Shown here: positions 7,980-16,855 of the stretch, piece by piece
How the letters are laid out: every line of letters begins with the position of its first letter
How positions within the stretch are numbered: position 1 is the stretch's first letter
NCBI GenBank assembly: GCA_016839055.1
Contig: JAEKNX010000001.1
Coordinates: forward strand, 303,693-367,692
Direction of reading: 5' to 3'
DNA: 64,000 nucleotides
DNA from: Spirochaetales bacterium
GTDB taxonomy: Bacteria > Spirochaetota > Spirochaetia > UBA9216
Notes under the pieces: model-generated
Database searches by the model: none
Told to the model about the DNA's origin: nothing
What the model saw: only the letters and a program-made list of their open reading frames with translations
Made by a program: the position numbers and the translations under genes

Positions 7980-10181
7980 ATGGAAAATAAAAGAATAGTT
8001 ATCCTCGGCGGAGGATATGCCGGGATTGAAGCGGCGAAAAAATTAAATAAAAGATATAAGAAGAATGATAAGGTAGAGATTACCCTCATAGATAAAAATA
8101 CATATCATACTCTCATGACTGAACTTCATGAGGTGGCCGGCTCCAGGGTTGAGCCTGATTCAGTGATGGTAAGTTATGAGAGAATTTTTTCCGGCACCAA
8201 GGTAAATGTTGTTACCGATTTCATCACCGGCATTGATTTTGAGACACAGAAACTCAAATCAGATAAGACTGCCTATGATTATGATTATCTGATTCTTGGA
8301 ACAGGCGGTGCTCCGGAATTTTTTGATATTGACGGAGTTCAGGAAAACTCTTTTTCACTCTGGTCTCTTGAAGATGCAATGCGTATACGAGAGCATTTTG
8401 AAGAACGATTCAGACTGGCTGCAAAAGAACCTAATCCGGAAATCAAAGCGAGAATGCTTACCTTTGTTGTAGCCGGCGCCGGATTTACAGGTATTGAGCT
8501 TATAGGTGAATTTCTTGAACGTCGTGATGTTCTATGCGTAAAATATCATATTCCTGTTTCAGAAGTGAAAATGATAGTCGTGGAAGCTCTCGATACTGTG
8601 CTTCCGATTATAGAAGAGAAACTCCGCAATAAAGCAGTTAAATACCTGGAAAAGAAGGGAACGCAGATTATTCTTGGCGCGCGCATAACGGGTGCTGCCG
8701 AAGGCAAGGTTCTATTAGCCGACGGTTCGGAAATCGCTACAGATACCTTCATCTGGACCTGTGGTATTCATGGTTCCGAGTTTACCTCCAGGATTGATCT
8801 TACAAAGGGACACACCGCAAGAGGCGAGTGCAGCAAAGCATCAGCTGATGGTATTCACGGGATGAGCGGTTGTCGTTTTGAGGATGACGAGCGCTACATT
8901 GTCGGAATACGGGGAAGAATTCTTGTAAATGAATATATGCAGACAGTGGATTATAAAAATGTCTTCGCAGTTGGAGATAACCTCTGGTTTGTCGAGCATG
9001 AGAAAGTTCTTCCTCAGATTGTAGAGACGGCCCTCCAGACTGGAGAGACCGCTGCACTAAATATCATCGCAGATATAGAAGATGCTGAAAAGCATGCGTT
9101 CAAATCTAACTTCCATGGTTTCATGGTTTCCATAGGCGGCAAGTATGCCGTGTCTAACGCCGGCGGAATGAAGACCTCCGGGTTCATGGCTATGGTAATG
9201 AAGCATTTTGTGAATCTGCATTACCTTTTCGGGATTGCCGGTGTAAATTCTGCCTGGGGATATCTGAAACATGAGTTTTTCGAGATGAAAGATAGAAGAA
9301 CTTTTATCGGTGAACATCTTTCATGGAAGATCCAGGGATGGTGGACAGCCCCGCTTAGGGTTTGGCTTGGTGTTATGTGGCTGACCGAAGGACTTAATAA
9401 GATAGGAGAAGGCTGGCTTAACTTTTCTGCTGGAACAAAATCAAGCTGGATGTTCAGCCAGGGAATTATACAAAGGGGTGTTAAAGCTGCCGCAGATGGA
9501 GTCAGCGCAGCGTCCGGGGCTGTAGAATCCGCCGGTGTTTCCCATGGCGACATGACGGCTGTTTTTGACGCTGCCGCAAAGAACGCATATTCCTTAACAG
9601 ATACCGTAGCCGCAGCCTCCGGCGCGGCTGAAGAAGTTGTCGCCGACACCATCAGTGCCGCCTCTGGCGCAGCCGAGACAGTGGTCAGCGCGGCAGCTGA
9701 TGCGGTGAGCGCCGCGTCGGGCGCTGTTGCGGATACAGCCTCACAAAGCCTGGAAGCAGTCGGTCATGTGTTCGGAAAACTCTGGGATACTGCCAATAAC
9801 ATCATTCCCTATGATTCTGCCTTTGTAACATGGTTCAGGGAGACATTTATGGACAGCCTGATGGCTTACATCCATTTCCCCGTTTTTCAGCTTATGATAG
9901 TCGTCATGGAACTCGGTATCGGACTCGCGCTTATAGGCGGACTCTTCACATGGGTTGCTGCAGCGGCTTCAATTGTAATGTGCGCGGTCTTCACCTTCTC
10001 GGGTATGTTCAGCTGGAATCAGGCTTGGTTTGTTTTTGCCGCCTTTCTTATGCTTGGCGGAGCAGGACGAAGTCTCGGTCTTGACCACTGGGTAATGCCT
10101 GCAATCAAGAAGTGGTGGAACGGTACTAAATTCGCCCGACGTACACACCTTTACCTCGGCGAACCAAGACTCAAGAAATAA
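7980..10181 (+). CDS. Type II NADH dehydrogenase-like flavoprotein (NDH-2) fused to a DoxX-family membrane domain
   Basis: N-terminal RIVILGGGYAGIEAAKKL dinucleotide motif and a second GAGFTGIELIGEF motif (two Rossmann folds, pyridine-nucleotide disulfide oxidoreductase class). An Ala/Ser-rich SAASGA repeat linker, then a C-terminal 4-TM DoxX-like domain (FPVFQLMIVVMELGIGLALIGG...). The start is more likely Met-11 (7980, GAGAGG RBS) than 7950. Confidence 0.7.
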   Translation: MENKRIVILGGGYAGIEAAKKLNKRYKKNDKVEITLIDKNTYHTLMTELHEVAGSRVEPDSVMVSYERIFSGTKVNVVTDFITGIDFETQKLKSDKTAYDYDYLILGTGGAPEFFDIDGVQENSFSLWSLEDAMRIREHFEERFRLAAKEPNPEIKARMLTFVVAGAGFTGIELIGEFLERRDVLCVKYHIPVSEVKMIVVEALDTVLPIIEEKLRNKAVKYLEKKGTQIILGARITGAAEGKVLLADGSEIATDTFIWTCGIHGSEFTSRIDLTKGHTARGECSKASADGIHGMSGCRFEDDERYIVGIRGRILVNEYMQTVDYKNVFAVGDNLWFVEHEKVLPQIVETALQTGETAALNIIADIEDAEKHAFKSNFHGFMVSIGGKYAVSNAGGMKTSGFMAMVMKHFVNLHYLFGIAGVNSAWGYLKHEFFEMKDRRTFIGEHLSWKIQGWWTAPLRVWLGVMWLTEGLNKIGEGWLNFSAGTKSSWMFSQGIIQRGVKAAADGVSAASGAVESAGVSHGDMTAVFDAAAKNAYSLTDTVAAASGAAEEVVADTISAASGAAETVVSAAADAVSAASGAVADTASQSLEAVGHVFGKLWDTANNIIPYDSAFVTWFRETFMDSLMAYIHFPVFQLMIVVMELGIGLALIGGLFTWVAAAASIVMCAVFTFSGMFSWNQAWFVFAAFLMLGGAGRSLGLDHWVMPAIKKWWNGTKFARRTHLYLGEPRLKK

Positions 10182-10249
10182 ATAATTGCGGCATCATTTC
10201 GGCGGCCTTTATCCAGGCTGCCGGAGTCGCCTTTCTTCAAAGGAATATT

Positions 10250-11224
10250 ATGCAAACGGTTTCAAGTTCAATTACTAATATACAGATGACTGAAGATCTG
10301 AAGCAGGTAAGGACGGTAATTGACGATCTCATAAAAGATACACCTGATATGATTCATGATATGATTTCCAATCTGCTCTCATGCAGTGGAAAGATGCTCC
10401 GTCCTATGATGGTAGTCCTTGCCGGTCGTTACGGCGATTTTGAGGCAGAAAAGATCTATTCTCTGGCAGCGGCAGTTGAGCTTCTTCATAATGCAACCCT
10501 TGTTCATGATGATATTATAGATGATGCTGCGCTCAGACGCGGTTTACCTGCAATTCATACAATACATGGTTCAAAGCTTGCAATTCTCGTTGGAGATTAT
10601 CTATTTTCAACATGCTTCGTGCTGGCGGCCAAAAACTCGAAGATTCAACATTATGACAGCCTCGCGCAGGCTGTTGCCCGAATATGCGAAGGGGAAATCC
10701 TTCAGGATACAGGGAAATTTGTCTTCGACCCCAGTGTTCGTAATTATAAACGAAGAATTGCCAGCAAGACAGCGGTTCTCTTTTCCCTGAGCCTCTATCT
10801 CGGCGCGAAGGAATCTGGTTGCAGTGAGACTGTGTGCTCTGTTTTTATACGAATCGGATACAATGTCGGAATGGCGTTTCAGATAATTGATGATATCCTG
10901 GATTTTACAGGTGATCCGAAGAAAATAGGAAAACCCGCATTTGGTCATGACCTGTCAGAGGGTATTTACACCCTGCCTCTGATTCTGGCTCTCAAGGACG
11001 GGGACGCGCAGCTTGAAAAGATGATGCGGAGACAGAGTCTCTCAAGGCGAAGAAGAAAAAAAATCGTCGGGATAGTAAGCATTTCGAGGGGGATGGAGGA
11101 CGCAAGAGGGGCCGCGGCTCTTTATTCCGAAAGGGCACTCAGGGAAATCGGACGGCTTGATGACGGATATACAAAAGATCAGCTGCTCAGCCTGACCTCG
11201 AGGCTGGTGTCGCGGGAATACTGA
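10250..11224 (+). CDS. Long-chain polyprenyl diphosphate synthase (IspB/HepT-like trans-isoprenyl diphosphate synthase)
   Basis: 324 aa with the first DDxxD motif (LVHDDIIDDAALRRG) and the second (FQIIDDILDF). Confidence 0.85.
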   Translation: MQTVSSSITNIQMTEDLKQVRTVIDDLIKDTPDMIHDMISNLLSCSGKMLRPMMVVLAGRYGDFEAEKIYSLAAAVELLHNATLVHDDIIDDAALRRGLPAIHTIHGSKLAILVGDYLFSTCFVLAAKNSKIQHYDSLAQAVARICEGEILQDTGKFVFDPSVRNYKRRIASKTAVLFSLSLYLGAKESGCSETVCSVFIRIGYNVGMAFQIIDDILDFTGDPKKIGKPAFGHDLSEGIYTLPLILALKDGDAQLEKMMRRQSLSRRRRKKIVGIVSISRGMEDARGAAALYSERALREIGRLDDGYTKDQLLSLTSRLVSREY

Positions 11225-11246
11225 GCAGAGAGCAGGTTTAAAGCAT

Positions 11247-11474
11247 CTACTCGAGGAAGGTTTTAATCCTTGGATGATCAGGATTACTGAAGAGCTTTTC
11301 TGTGGAAGCTCTTTCTCTTATTTCTCCCTCGTCTATGAATACGACCCAATCCGACACTTTTCGAGTGAAGGTCATCTCATGGGTAACTATTATCATTGTC
11401 ATATTGTCCTCTGCAAGGTTCTTGATGACCGAGAGAACCTCACCTGTTAATTCCGGGTCCAAGGCGCTTGTTGG
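11247..11474 (-). pseudogene. Remnant of an amino-acid ABC transporter ATP-binding protein (C-terminal ~75 codons only)
   Basis: The frame encodes ..PTSALDPELTGEVLSVIKNLAEDNMTMIIVTHEMTFTRKVSDWVVFIDEGEI.., which is the D-loop/H-loop/C-terminus of GlnQ/HisP-type ATPases. It begins immediately after an in-frame TAG. There are no Walker A/B motifs and no permease gene, and it lies directly downstream of the substrate-binding-protein gene. Confidence 0.6.
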
Positions 11475-11494
11475 CTAATCAAAGAGCATTACCT

Positions 11495-12304
11495 CTACCT
11501 TGCGAGGAGGATGTCCTCAGCAAACCATTTCTTTGAGATCTCGGCCGCAGTTCCGTCGGCGGCCATCTCGTCAATGACGTGATCAACGGCATGAATGAAG
11601 GCCAGTTCATCCTTTCGAAATCCAATTGCGTATTCCTCGGCGGCAAAGAAATCTTCTGCTATCTTATATATACCGGGTTTCCCGGAGAGGTAGTACCGGC
11701 CGAAAATCTCATCTACGACGACGGCATCAATCCTTCCGACTTCAAGATCCATCAGCGCCTGAACATTGTCCTGATATTTGACCAGTTCGGTAAAGCTTTC
11801 CATTACAGGGGTGTAACTCTTGACGGCATCTTCCGCGGTGCTTCCTAGCTGTATGCCGATCTTTTTGGCTGCGAGATCCGATTTCATACTGATTCCGGAT
11901 CCTGGCTGAACAATGATTATCTGCTTGTTTGCAATATAGGGCTTGGAGAACTCAATCTTCTCCTTGCGCTCATCAGAGATAGACAGTCTGTTCCAGATTA
12001 TATCGATGTTTCGGTTGTTAAGATCGAGTATCTTGGCATCCCAGTCTATAGGCTGAAGTTTCAGTTCAACTCCGAGTCTTTTGCAGACTTCCTTTGCCAA
12101 ATCAATATCGAATCCCGCTATTTCTCCGTTTGTATCCCTGAACCCCATCGGCGGGAAGCTGTCGTTTAGACCGATGATGATTTCACCCTTTTCCATAATA
12201 TACTTGAGAGATTTATCTCCGTTTGATGCTGATTCCTGAGTTCCTGCGGCAAATAGCATAGTTGTCAGCAGAAGTACAGCGAGGATAGAAGCGCTTCTTT
12301 TCAT
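11495..12304 (-). CDS. Amino-acid ABC transporter substrate-binding protein (family 3 SBP)
   Basis: 269 aa. Signal peptide MKRSASILAVLLLTTMLFAAG. Polar amino-acid SBP fold motifs (IIIGLNDSFPPMGF, IDIIWNRLSISDERKEKIEFSKPY). Confidence 0.85.
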   Translation of the reverse strand: MKRSASILAVLLLTTMLFAAGTQESASNGDKSLKYIMEKGEIIIGLNDSFPPMGFRDTNGEIAGFDIDLAKEVCKRLGVELKLQPIDWDAKILDLNNRNIDIIWNRLSISDERKEKIEFSKPYIANKQIIIVQPGSGISMKSDLAAKKIGIQLGSTAEDAVKSYTPVMESFTELVKYQDNVQALMDLEVGRIDAVVVDEIFGRYYLSGKPGIYKIAEDFFAAEEYAIGFRKDELAFIHAVDHVIDEMAADGTAAEISKKWFAEDILLAR

Positions 12305-12484
12305 AGTAACTCCACATGTAAAAATTCAAGGCAAGTATAGGGAGGCACGAGCTTAATGTAAATATCAGAGGGGATTATTATTGGTGATTCTCAGATAACG
12401 AGGCAGGCGTGCAGGAATGTATAGCGTATTTAATTACTTGCTATTAAAAAAAACTCATGCATAATTGAGACAAGGAGCATAATA

Positions 12485-12877
12485 ATGAAAACTTTAATAG
12501 TTGAGGACGATTTTGCCAGCAGACTGCTGCTTCAGGAACTTCTTAAACCCTATGGAGACTCACATGTCGCTGTAAACGGGGTGGAAGCGGTAAGTGTATG
12601 TACTGATACAATAAAGAACCATAAATATTATGATCTGATATGTCTTGATATTATGATGCCTGAGATGGACGGACAGACCGCCCTTAAAAAGATACGGGCC
12701 CTCGAGGACGCGGCTGGACTTGGTTCCTTCACCAGGGCGAGAATAATCATGACAACCGCCCTCGGAGATGTGAAGACTGTTATGGGTTCGTATTACGAGC
12801 TCTGCGACGGCTACCTGGTTAAACCATTTTCTCGAGATCAGCTTGAAAAGCAGCTCAGGAAGCTGAACCTGGGCTGA
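12485..12877 (+). CDS. Single-domain CheY-like response regulator (receiver only)
   Basis: 130 aa with the acidic pocket (EDD), the phospho-acceptor Asp in LICLDIMMP, and the conserved T and K (YLVKPF). Confidence 0.85.
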   Translation: MKTLIVEDDFASRLLLQELLKPYGDSHVAVNGVEAVSVCTDTIKNHKYYDLICLDIMMPEMDGQTALKKIRALEDAAGLGSFTRARIIMTTALGDVKTVMGSYYELCDGYLVKPFSRDQLEKQLRKLNLG

Positions 12878-12913
12878 TATAGAGAAGGTGAGGGACAGGG
12901 AGGCAGAGTAGTC

Positions 12914-13441
12914 TCAGGTCTCTTCCGGAAAAAGTTCTGTTTTCATACTGGAATTCTCAATCATTTTTCCCAGCAGCTCGGAGCTGATGATGATGAGAGG
13001 CAGTGAGACGGCAAAGCGGATCAGGGTAAACTTCAGCCCCAGGAAGCTCGCCTCGAATATTGCCATAGGAATTCGGAAGATAGCGGCGGCGGTAAGATAG
13101 GCGATAACTATTGAAGTCCTGGCGCCCTTCTTGTAGAGCGAGGCTGAGACCGGGAAGGCCACATACATTCCGCCGACTGTTGTTCCTGCCAGCAGCAGAA
13201 TCCAGAAATAAGCCTTTAGGCTCGACTTCTCGCCGAGGTGCCTCTGAATAATCTCTTTTTTTACCCAGACTTCAAACAGGCCTATAAGGATGAAGGACGC
13301 CGGCAGTATCTTCAGCATTGAAAGTGCAAAGGTGAGGAAATTGCTGCCTATTTCCCTTCCAGGCTCAAAACCCGTGAACAGTGATATTAAAATAAAAAGA
13401 GCGTATACAACGGTGATACCCGGCTGGATAAAACGCTTCAT
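12914..13441 (-). CDS. Membrane permease half-protein (two-component permease, DUF318-like), subunit 2
   Basis: 175 aa, about 5 TM helices. Start overlaps the upstream paralogous half (ATGA). The pair resembles split putative two-component membrane permease subunits. Confidence 0.45.
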   Translation of the reverse strand: MKRFIQPGITVVYALFILISLFTGFEPGREIGSNFLTFALSMLKILPASFILIGLFEVWVKKEIIQRHLGEKSSLKAYFWILLLAGTTVGGMYVAFPVSASLYKKGARTSIVIAYLTAAAIFRIPMAIFEASFLGLKFTLIRFAVSLPLIIISSELLGKMIENSSMKTELFPEET

Positions 13442-13923
13442 GATGTAAAATCTCCATAAAAGAATCCGATTATAAGCGAGATGGTCAGGGCCATTACAAG
13501 GCAGACAGCATTTCGTAAAAGACCGGCTTTCATGCCAAGGTACTTCTGTTCAATAGGAAATGAGATAACCCCGACGAGCATCAGCGTCGTTGAAAAGGAA
13601 GCAATCACCGAGTATGGAACGCCCTTTCCGGCGAGGATGCCGCAGAGCGGAAAGGCCACGAAGCCGGGCATCATCGTGATTGAGCCGAAGAAGGCCGCAA
13701 TTCCGATGCCGCGGGCAGAGTTTGCGTCTCCCAGGTATTTAATTATCATCTCGTCGGTCACGATATGGAGGAAGACAGACACGAGAATCAGCATGATTGA
13801 GAACGCCGGGGCAATTTTTATGAATTTCTTAAATGCAACTTTGAGCGCCTTAAGGGTCTTCTTCCTGTCGGCTATTAGTGAGGCTATAAGGGCAGCCCCG
13901 CAGATGGTGTAGAGTATTATCAT
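13438..13923 (-). CDS. Membrane permease half-protein (two-component permease, DUF318-like), subunit 1
   Basis: 161 aa, hydrophobic throughout. Translationally coupled to the next half. Confidence 0.45.
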   Translation of the reverse strand: MIILYTICGAALIASLIADRKKTLKALKVAFKKFIKIAPAFSIMLILVSVFLHIVTDEMIIKYLGDANSARGIGIAAFFGSITMMPGFVAFPLCGILAGKGVPYSVIASFSTTLMLVGVISFPIEQKYLGMKAGLLRNAVCLVMALTISLIIGFFYGDFTS

Positions 13924-14796
13924 CTATCTTCCAGTTTTAATGGATTTCATCGCCTCATCCGCGAGATAGGAGCTTCGTACAAGGGGTGCGCTCGAGGCGT
14001 GGAGAAAACCCATTTCCATCGCGATTTTTCCATACTTGTCGAATTGATCAGGATGAACCCATTCCACGACGGGGTGGTGTTTTTGAGAAGGTGACAAGTA
14101 CTGTCCGACGGTTAGGAAATTACAGCCGACATTCCGGAGGTCGCGGAAGAGGTCAATGACTTCGTCCTCTTTTTCACCTAGGCCCAGCATTATCCCGGAT
14201 TTTGTATAAATACTCTTAGATTGATCCTTCACGCGCCGGAGAAGCTCGAGTGACTGCCTGTAGTCTGCCTGGGGCCGTACGCCCGGATAGAGCGCGGGGA
14301 TGGTCTCGACGTTATGATTTATTATGTGCGGCCCGGCAGCTATAACGCGGCCGAGGGCCGCCTCATCTCCCTGAAAGTCGGGGATGAGCACCTCGATTAT
14401 CGTGTCGCCATCGTCAGCCCTGATTGCGCTTATTACATCGGCAAAATGTGCTGAGCCGCCGTCTGTCATATCATCCCGAGTTACCGAGGTTATGACCACA
14501 TGTCGGAGGCCCAGTTCTCTGACGGCCTTGGCAATATTTGCAGGTTCGTTCGGATTGATAGCTTCAGGACTGCCGTCGGCGACGTTGCAGAAGGTACAGC
14601 TTCTGGTACAGACTCGGCCGAGAATCATGAAGGTGGCGGTTTTTCGGTTGAAGCATTCTCCCTTGTTCGGGCAGGCGGCTTCTTCGCAGACTGTATTAAG
14701 GTGAAGTTCTTCGAGAAGGTTTTCGACCTTCGTGAAATCATAGCCGGCCTTGTATCTTACCTTTAGCCAGTCGGGACGTTTAGTTCTGTCCATCAT
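13924..14796 (-). CDS. lipA: Lipoyl synthase
   Basis: Radical-SAM [10 protein letters not shown] motif plus the N-terminal [12 protein letters not shown] auxiliary-cluster motif. The start is placed at the internal Met ([13 protein letters not shown]) to avoid the 119-nt overlap with lipB. Confidence 0.9.
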   Translation of the reverse strand: MMDRTKRPDWLKVRYKAGYDFTKVENLLEELHLNTVCEEAACPNKGECFNRKTATFMILGRVCTRSCTFCNVADGSPEAINPNEPANIAKAVRELGLRHVVITSVTRDDMTDGGSAHFADVISAIRADDGDTIIEVLIPDFQGDEAALGRVIAAGPHIINHNVETIPALYPGVRPQADYRQSLELLRRVKDQSKSIYTKSGIMLGLGEKEDEVIDLFRDLRNVGCNFLTVGQYLSPSQKHHPVVEWVHPDQFDKYGKIAMEMGFLHASSAPLVRSSYLADEAMKSIKTGR

Positions 14797-15475
14797 ATAC
14801 CTCTTGGAGTTTTCTTTGTATAAGCTCGGCGCCGAATACCTGCGAGAAATACTTTGCCGTAAGGCCTTTAAGCTGTTCAAAGTCAACTTCATGTCCAAGC
14901 TCTTTTTCGACTGATGTCACGCTGCGATCGGCAAGGCCGCAGGGAATAATCCAGTCAAAGTGTCTGAGGTTTGTTTTTACGTTAAATGCAAAGCCGTGGA
15001 AGCTTATCCATTTTCTAACCGCTATACCTATCGCAGTTATTTTTCGTGAATCGATGTAGACGCCGGTATATTTGCCTTTGTCGGACTTTGTCTCGATTCC
15101 GTATTCATTCTTCAGAAGACGTGAAAAGATTTCTTCGATGTTGGAAACATACTGGTGAAGGTCTCTGCCGAACTCTTCAAGCCTGAGGATGGGGTACCCG
15201 ACTATCTGTCCGGGGCCATGATAGGTCACATCTCCTCCGCGCTCGACATTAAATAATTCCACACCTTCACGGGCAAGGATTTCGTCAGAAACAAGAATGT
15301 TCTGTCTCTCGGCTCTTCGTCCCATGGTAAGAACTGGAGGATGCTCGACGAAGAAGAGGGTGTTATCCAGACGTCCGTCCTTAACCTTCAAAACGGTTTC
15401 TTTTTGAACCTTGAGTGCTTCCGAATATGCCATAAGTCCTAAATCAACAAAGTTTATCTTCATAAATTTCAACAT
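14780..15475 (-). CDS. lipB: Octanoyl-[ACP]:protein N-octanoyltransferase
   Basis: 231 aa. [19 protein letters not shown] and the Cys in [13 protein letters not shown] are diagnostic of LipB. It sits upstream of lipA. Confidence 0.85.
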   Translation of the reverse strand: MLKFMKINFVDLGLMAYSEALKVQKETVLKVKDGRLDNTLFFVEHPPVLTMGRRAERQNILVSDEILAREGVELFNVERGGDVTYHGPGQIVGYPILRLEEFGRDLHQYVSNIEEIFSRLLKNEYGIETKSDKGKYTGVYIDSRKITAIGIAVRKWISFHGFAFNVKTNLRHFDWIIPCGLADRSVTSVEKELGHEVDFEQLKGLTAKYFSQVFGAELIQRKLQEVYDGQN

Positions 15476-15562
15476 AACATTTTTACTAAAAAATGAAAAT
15501 TACCCTTATGCTGTTTGCTTATAAGTGATTGGTTATTGTATAATAAACTGAAGGAGTAGCCT

Positions 15563-16846
15563 ATGGATAAGGTAATAAACATCATTCTTGGAGGGGGGAA
15601 GGGTTCCAGACTTTATCCTCTGACAAAACAGAGGGCAAAACCCGCTGTGCCATTCGGTGGTAAATCCCGGCTTATAGACATTGCTATCTCAAACAGCATT
15701 AATTCGGGGTTTAGGAAAATATACATCCTGACACAGTATGAATCGGCTTCACTTAACTTCCATATCAATAGATCCTATCAGTTCGACAACTTCTCAAAAG
15801 GTTTTGTTGAGATACTGGCGGCAAGTCAGAATGATTATGACAACGGCTGGTATGAGGGGACTGCCGATGCCGTTCGGAAGAATATGAGTAATTTCAGGAA
15901 TCATAATCCTGATTACTATATGATTTTATCAGGCGACCAGTTGTACAGCATGGATCTGAAGGCATTTTTAAAGCAGCATAAGGAAAGCGGAGCCGAAATA
16001 ACAATAGCAGCCACTCCGGTTAATAGGGATGATGCGAATGAACTAGGTATCTTGAAAATAGACGATGAGAAGAAGATTATCTCCTTTCTCGAGAAACCGG
16101 GACCAGACAAGGATATTTCCGAACTTATTATTCCCGATGATATATTATCTGATTCCGGAATTGACCGCAGATCAGGGAAAAGTTTTCTTGCATCGATGGG
16201 TATTTATATTTTTAACGCAGATGTAATGGAAGAATGTCTGGATTCCAAATATACAGATTTCGGAAAGGAAATAATTCCTGAGAGTATAAAAACCCGAAAG
16301 GTTATGTCTTATGTTTATAATGGGTATTGGGAAGATATTGGAACTATTAAGAATTTCCATGAGGCGAATCTGAATCTGGGTTCCCCTCAGCCGAATTTCA
16401 ATCTCTATGATGAAGAAAAACCTGTTTATACTCATAGACGAAACCTTCCGCCGTCAAAAATCAATTCCTGCGTTTTTAAGCAGTCTCTGGCTGCCGAAGG
16501 ATCAATTATTACTGATGCTTATATAAATTATTCTATAGTAGGAGTAAGAACCATTATTCATGAAGGTGCATCTCTTGATTCAGTCTACTGTATGGGAAGC
16601 GATTTTTATGAGTCGCCCAAACAAGTTGCAAAGAATCGTACACAGGGAATACCGGATATTGGAATAGGCAGATCTGCGGTAATCAGAAAAGCAATAATTG
16701 ATAAAAATGCCCGTATCGGTGCTAACTGTAGAATAGGAATTGATAATATGGACAGGAAAGACGGTGACTACGGATTTTATCATATTGTTGACGATATAAT
16801 AATCATTCATAAGAATGCAGTAATTAAAGACGGCACCGTTATTTAG
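15563..16846 (+). CDS. glgC: Glucose-1-phosphate adenylyltransferase
   Basis: 427 aa. N-terminal IILGGGKGSRLYPLTKQRAKPAVPFGGKSRLIDIAISNSINSG is the ADP-glucose pyrophosphorylase signature, followed by a C-terminal left-handed beta-helix. Confidence 0.9.
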   Translation: MDKVINIILGGGKGSRLYPLTKQRAKPAVPFGGKSRLIDIAISNSINSGFRKIYILTQYESASLNFHINRSYQFDNFSKGFVEILAASQNDYDNGWYEGTADAVRKNMSNFRNHNPDYYMILSGDQLYSMDLKAFLKQHKESGAEITIAATPVNRDDANELGILKIDDEKKIISFLEKPGPDKDISELIIPDDILSDSGIDRRSGKSFLASMGIYIFNADVMEECLDSKYTDFGKEIIPESIKTRKVMSYVYNGYWEDIGTIKNFHEANLNLGSPQPNFNLYDEEKPVYTHRRNLPPSKINSCVFKQSLAAEGSIITDAYINYSIVGVRTIIHEGASLDSVYCMGSDFYESPKQVAKNRTQGIPDIGIGRSAVIRKAIIDKNARIGANCRIGIDNMDRKDGDYGFYHIVDDIIIIHKNAVIKDGTVI

Positions 16847-16855
16847 CGGGATAAT

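Noticed and set aside
9486-9750. Tandem DNA repeats that could suggest a CRISPR or VNTR locus.
   Set aside because: The repeats are imperfect, in frame and inside a long ORF. They encode the SAASGA linker of the NDH-2/DoxX protein. No spacer/repeat periodicity typical of CRISPR.
14797-14898. N-terminal 34-codon extension of lipA overlapping lipB by 119 nt.
   Set aside because: The extension is not LipA-like. An internal Met ([13 protein letters not shown]) gives a normal-length LipA and removes the overlap.
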